A DNA stretch of 64,000 nucleotides from Piromyces finnis finn (Eukaryota > Fungi > Neocallimastigomycota): contig MCFH01000027.1 in assembly GCA_002104945.1 (NCBI GenBank), forward strand, positions 1 to 64,000. The letters are read 5' to 3'. The notes below the pieces were generated by a model. That model ran no database searches and had not been told where the DNA came from. It saw only the letters and a list, made by a program, of their open reading frames with translations. The first letter of the stretch is position 1. Each line of letters begins with the position of its first letter. The position numbers and the translations under genes are program-made. This document shows, piece by piece, positions 61,955 through 64,000 of the stretch.

Positions 61955-62383
61955 TGTAAGAAATATAGAAATAAATTCTATATTTCTTAAGTATTATTAA
62001 GTATAAATTTATATTAAATTTATTATTTATTATAATTCTATTTTATAATTAAATTAAACAAACCTTAAAGAATATAGAAATTTACTCAATTCATTCAATA
62101 ATGTTCAATTAAAAAAATATAATAAATAGAAATATCCAGTAAAAGAAATATTTAGATTAATTTTTAATATATATAAATTAAGTCATTAATATTAAAAATA
62201 AATTAAATAATATTTTTCCAAAATCAATTTGGTTTTTTAATTATTTAATTCAACAAGTAATTCTTCAGGTTTTTCTTCTAGTCTTTTCCTGAAGAAACAA
62301 CAACCAGACTAGAATCCAATAAAAAGCCATAAATAACAAATTATTAATCAATTTAATAAATTAAAATTTCATGATTTAATATA

Positions 62384-62463
<80 letters not shown>

Positions 62464-62524
62464 TTATAACAAAATAAAAAAAATTCTTAAAAAACATTTT
62501 TAACCCTTTTCGTCTTTAAGTGTC
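61955..62524 (+). mobile_element. Diverged B-like LTR remnant carrying the ENE/pseudoknot module (62201-62314)
   Basis: Starts TGTAAGAAATA like the sense 5' end of family B, with the module 246 bp in. Interrupted by family H at 62525. Confidence 0.5.
62384..62460. repeat. (AAT)25 microsatellite
   Basis: Direct observation. Confidence 0.95.
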
Positions 62525-63132
62525 TGTAAAAGTATAAAATTTAAAACAGATTTTATACTTAAAACGAAACAATTTTTATTAACACAAAAATAAAAAATAA
62601 AACATTAAATTTTTATTTAAAAAAAAACATTTTTATTTAAACTCTTAAAAATATTATTAACTATATAATAGTTAATAATTAAAAAATTGAAAATAACAAT
62701 TACATCGATTTAATAAACAAAAATTACATGTATTTGTATTTTTCATAATTATATTCTAATATATTATTCTATTTAAATAAACATATATTTAATATAAAAT
62801 AAACAACACTAATCTAATTAAATAATAAAATAGCAAAACTAAACTAAAACTAATTCATTATACTTTTAATTCAATTTGAGTAAACTCAAAATTGAATAAA
62901 GCCCATGTATTTTCTATAAATTAATTTAATATTATCAATACTATTCTTAATATATTTCCTATTGAAATATAAATAAATCTATTTTTAAAACTAAGTTAAA
63001 ATTATTAAACTATTCTGTAAAAGTATAAAATTTAAAACAGATTTTATACTTAAAACAAAACAATTTTTATTAACACAAAAAATAAAAAAATAAAACATTA
63101 AATTTTTATTTTAAAAAAAAACATTTTTATTT
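62525..63132 (-). mobile_element. Family H repeat plus a partial tandem copy (63016-63132)
   Basis: TGTAAAAGTATAAAATTTAAAACAG at 62525 and 63016; matches 38328-38935. Confidence 0.75.
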
Positions 63133-63544
63133 CCACTTGATTGGGTAAAGCAAATAAACTTTCTATTTAATTAATAACCATTAATATATGGTTATACATA
63201 ATTCTGGCCAATAAATGTTAACCAGAATATATGGTTTGTTAGGTTTTTCACTTCGGTTGAGTCAGAACGTACTATTTTACCCTAAATTGTTAAATAAATA
63301 ATTAAATAAATAAATAAATACTATTTTATTAATTAACTTTATTTATTAATAAAATTTTTAAAGAAAGATTTTTTATTTATTAATTATTATTATTTTATTA
63401 GAGTAAATATTTAAATTAATGAACTCTCGAAATTCCTAATGATAGGAATTTCCTTAAGTATTTATACTATCTTTTAATATTAAAGGAATACATCTAATAT
63501 TTAATACATGATCACTTGTTTATATTAATTAACTATTCTATAAA

Positions 63545-64000
63545 TGTAAAGATATCAAACGCCTCTGTTTGATATCTTTAATGTAACTTAAGCCATAAGT
63601 ATTATTGTTTAAGTTACACAAATTATATTCAGAAAAAGAAAATGAGACATAATTTATTTATTAATAATTAAAGTTTAAAACAAAATAAATTATTTATTTA
63701 TTTTTAATGTTTAACAAGTAAATTAAAATTCTCAATTTAAATCCCTAGTTTTAGTATTGTTTTTTCATAGAAATAGATAAATAATATATAAATAATAAAT
63801 GATTAATATATCAATAATACATGGGCACATATTCAAATTGAATAGTACTTAATTTGAATTGCCGATTGTATTTTACTAAAAATAGTTATAGTTTAAATAT
63901 TTATTAATAATTAAGATTTTAGTGTAGATTTTAAATAATGATATATAAGAAATAAATAGTTATAATATAATATAATTGTACTTAGGAAAAATATAAATAG
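63545..64000 (+). mobile_element. Family A LTR, cut by window end
   Basis: TGTAAAGATATCAAACGCCTC..., near-identical to 29904 onward. Confidence 0.9.

Overview
Eukaryotic fungal DNA. The rDNA signatures and extremely AT-rich spacers point to an anaerobic gut fungus (Neocallimastigomycota); this is inferred and needs BLAST confirmation. Bases 1-23532 are the end of a tandem rDNA array with an 8534-bp unit (18S-ITS1-5.8S-ITS2-28S plus an antisense 5S gene in the spacer). The array breaks off inside the third intergenic spacer. Bases 23533-64000 show no recognisable host protein gene. They hold four tRNA genes in two convergent pairs, minisatellites, three Ty3/Gypsy chromovirus-type retrotransposons and a nested set of solo LTRs, many delimited by TG..CA ends and 5-bp target-site duplications. 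Of the retrotransposons, one has identical LTRs and a single frameshift, one is a truncated relic, and one has intact ORFs and a -1 frameshift signal. The most notable signals are: (1) a two-part structured RNA, an ENE-like U-rich internal-loop stem followed by a telomerase-like H-type pseudoknot, found six times in four diverged LTR families with compensatory base changes; (2) a tRNA-Gln(UUG)-derived A-box/anticodon/B-box cassette at the start of one element's LTR; (3) the same repeat end lying 12-13 bp upstream of two different tRNA genes; (4) Tf1-like self-priming PBSs. All structures and alignments were read by eye; no folding program or database search was run. Family letters A-H are my own labels.
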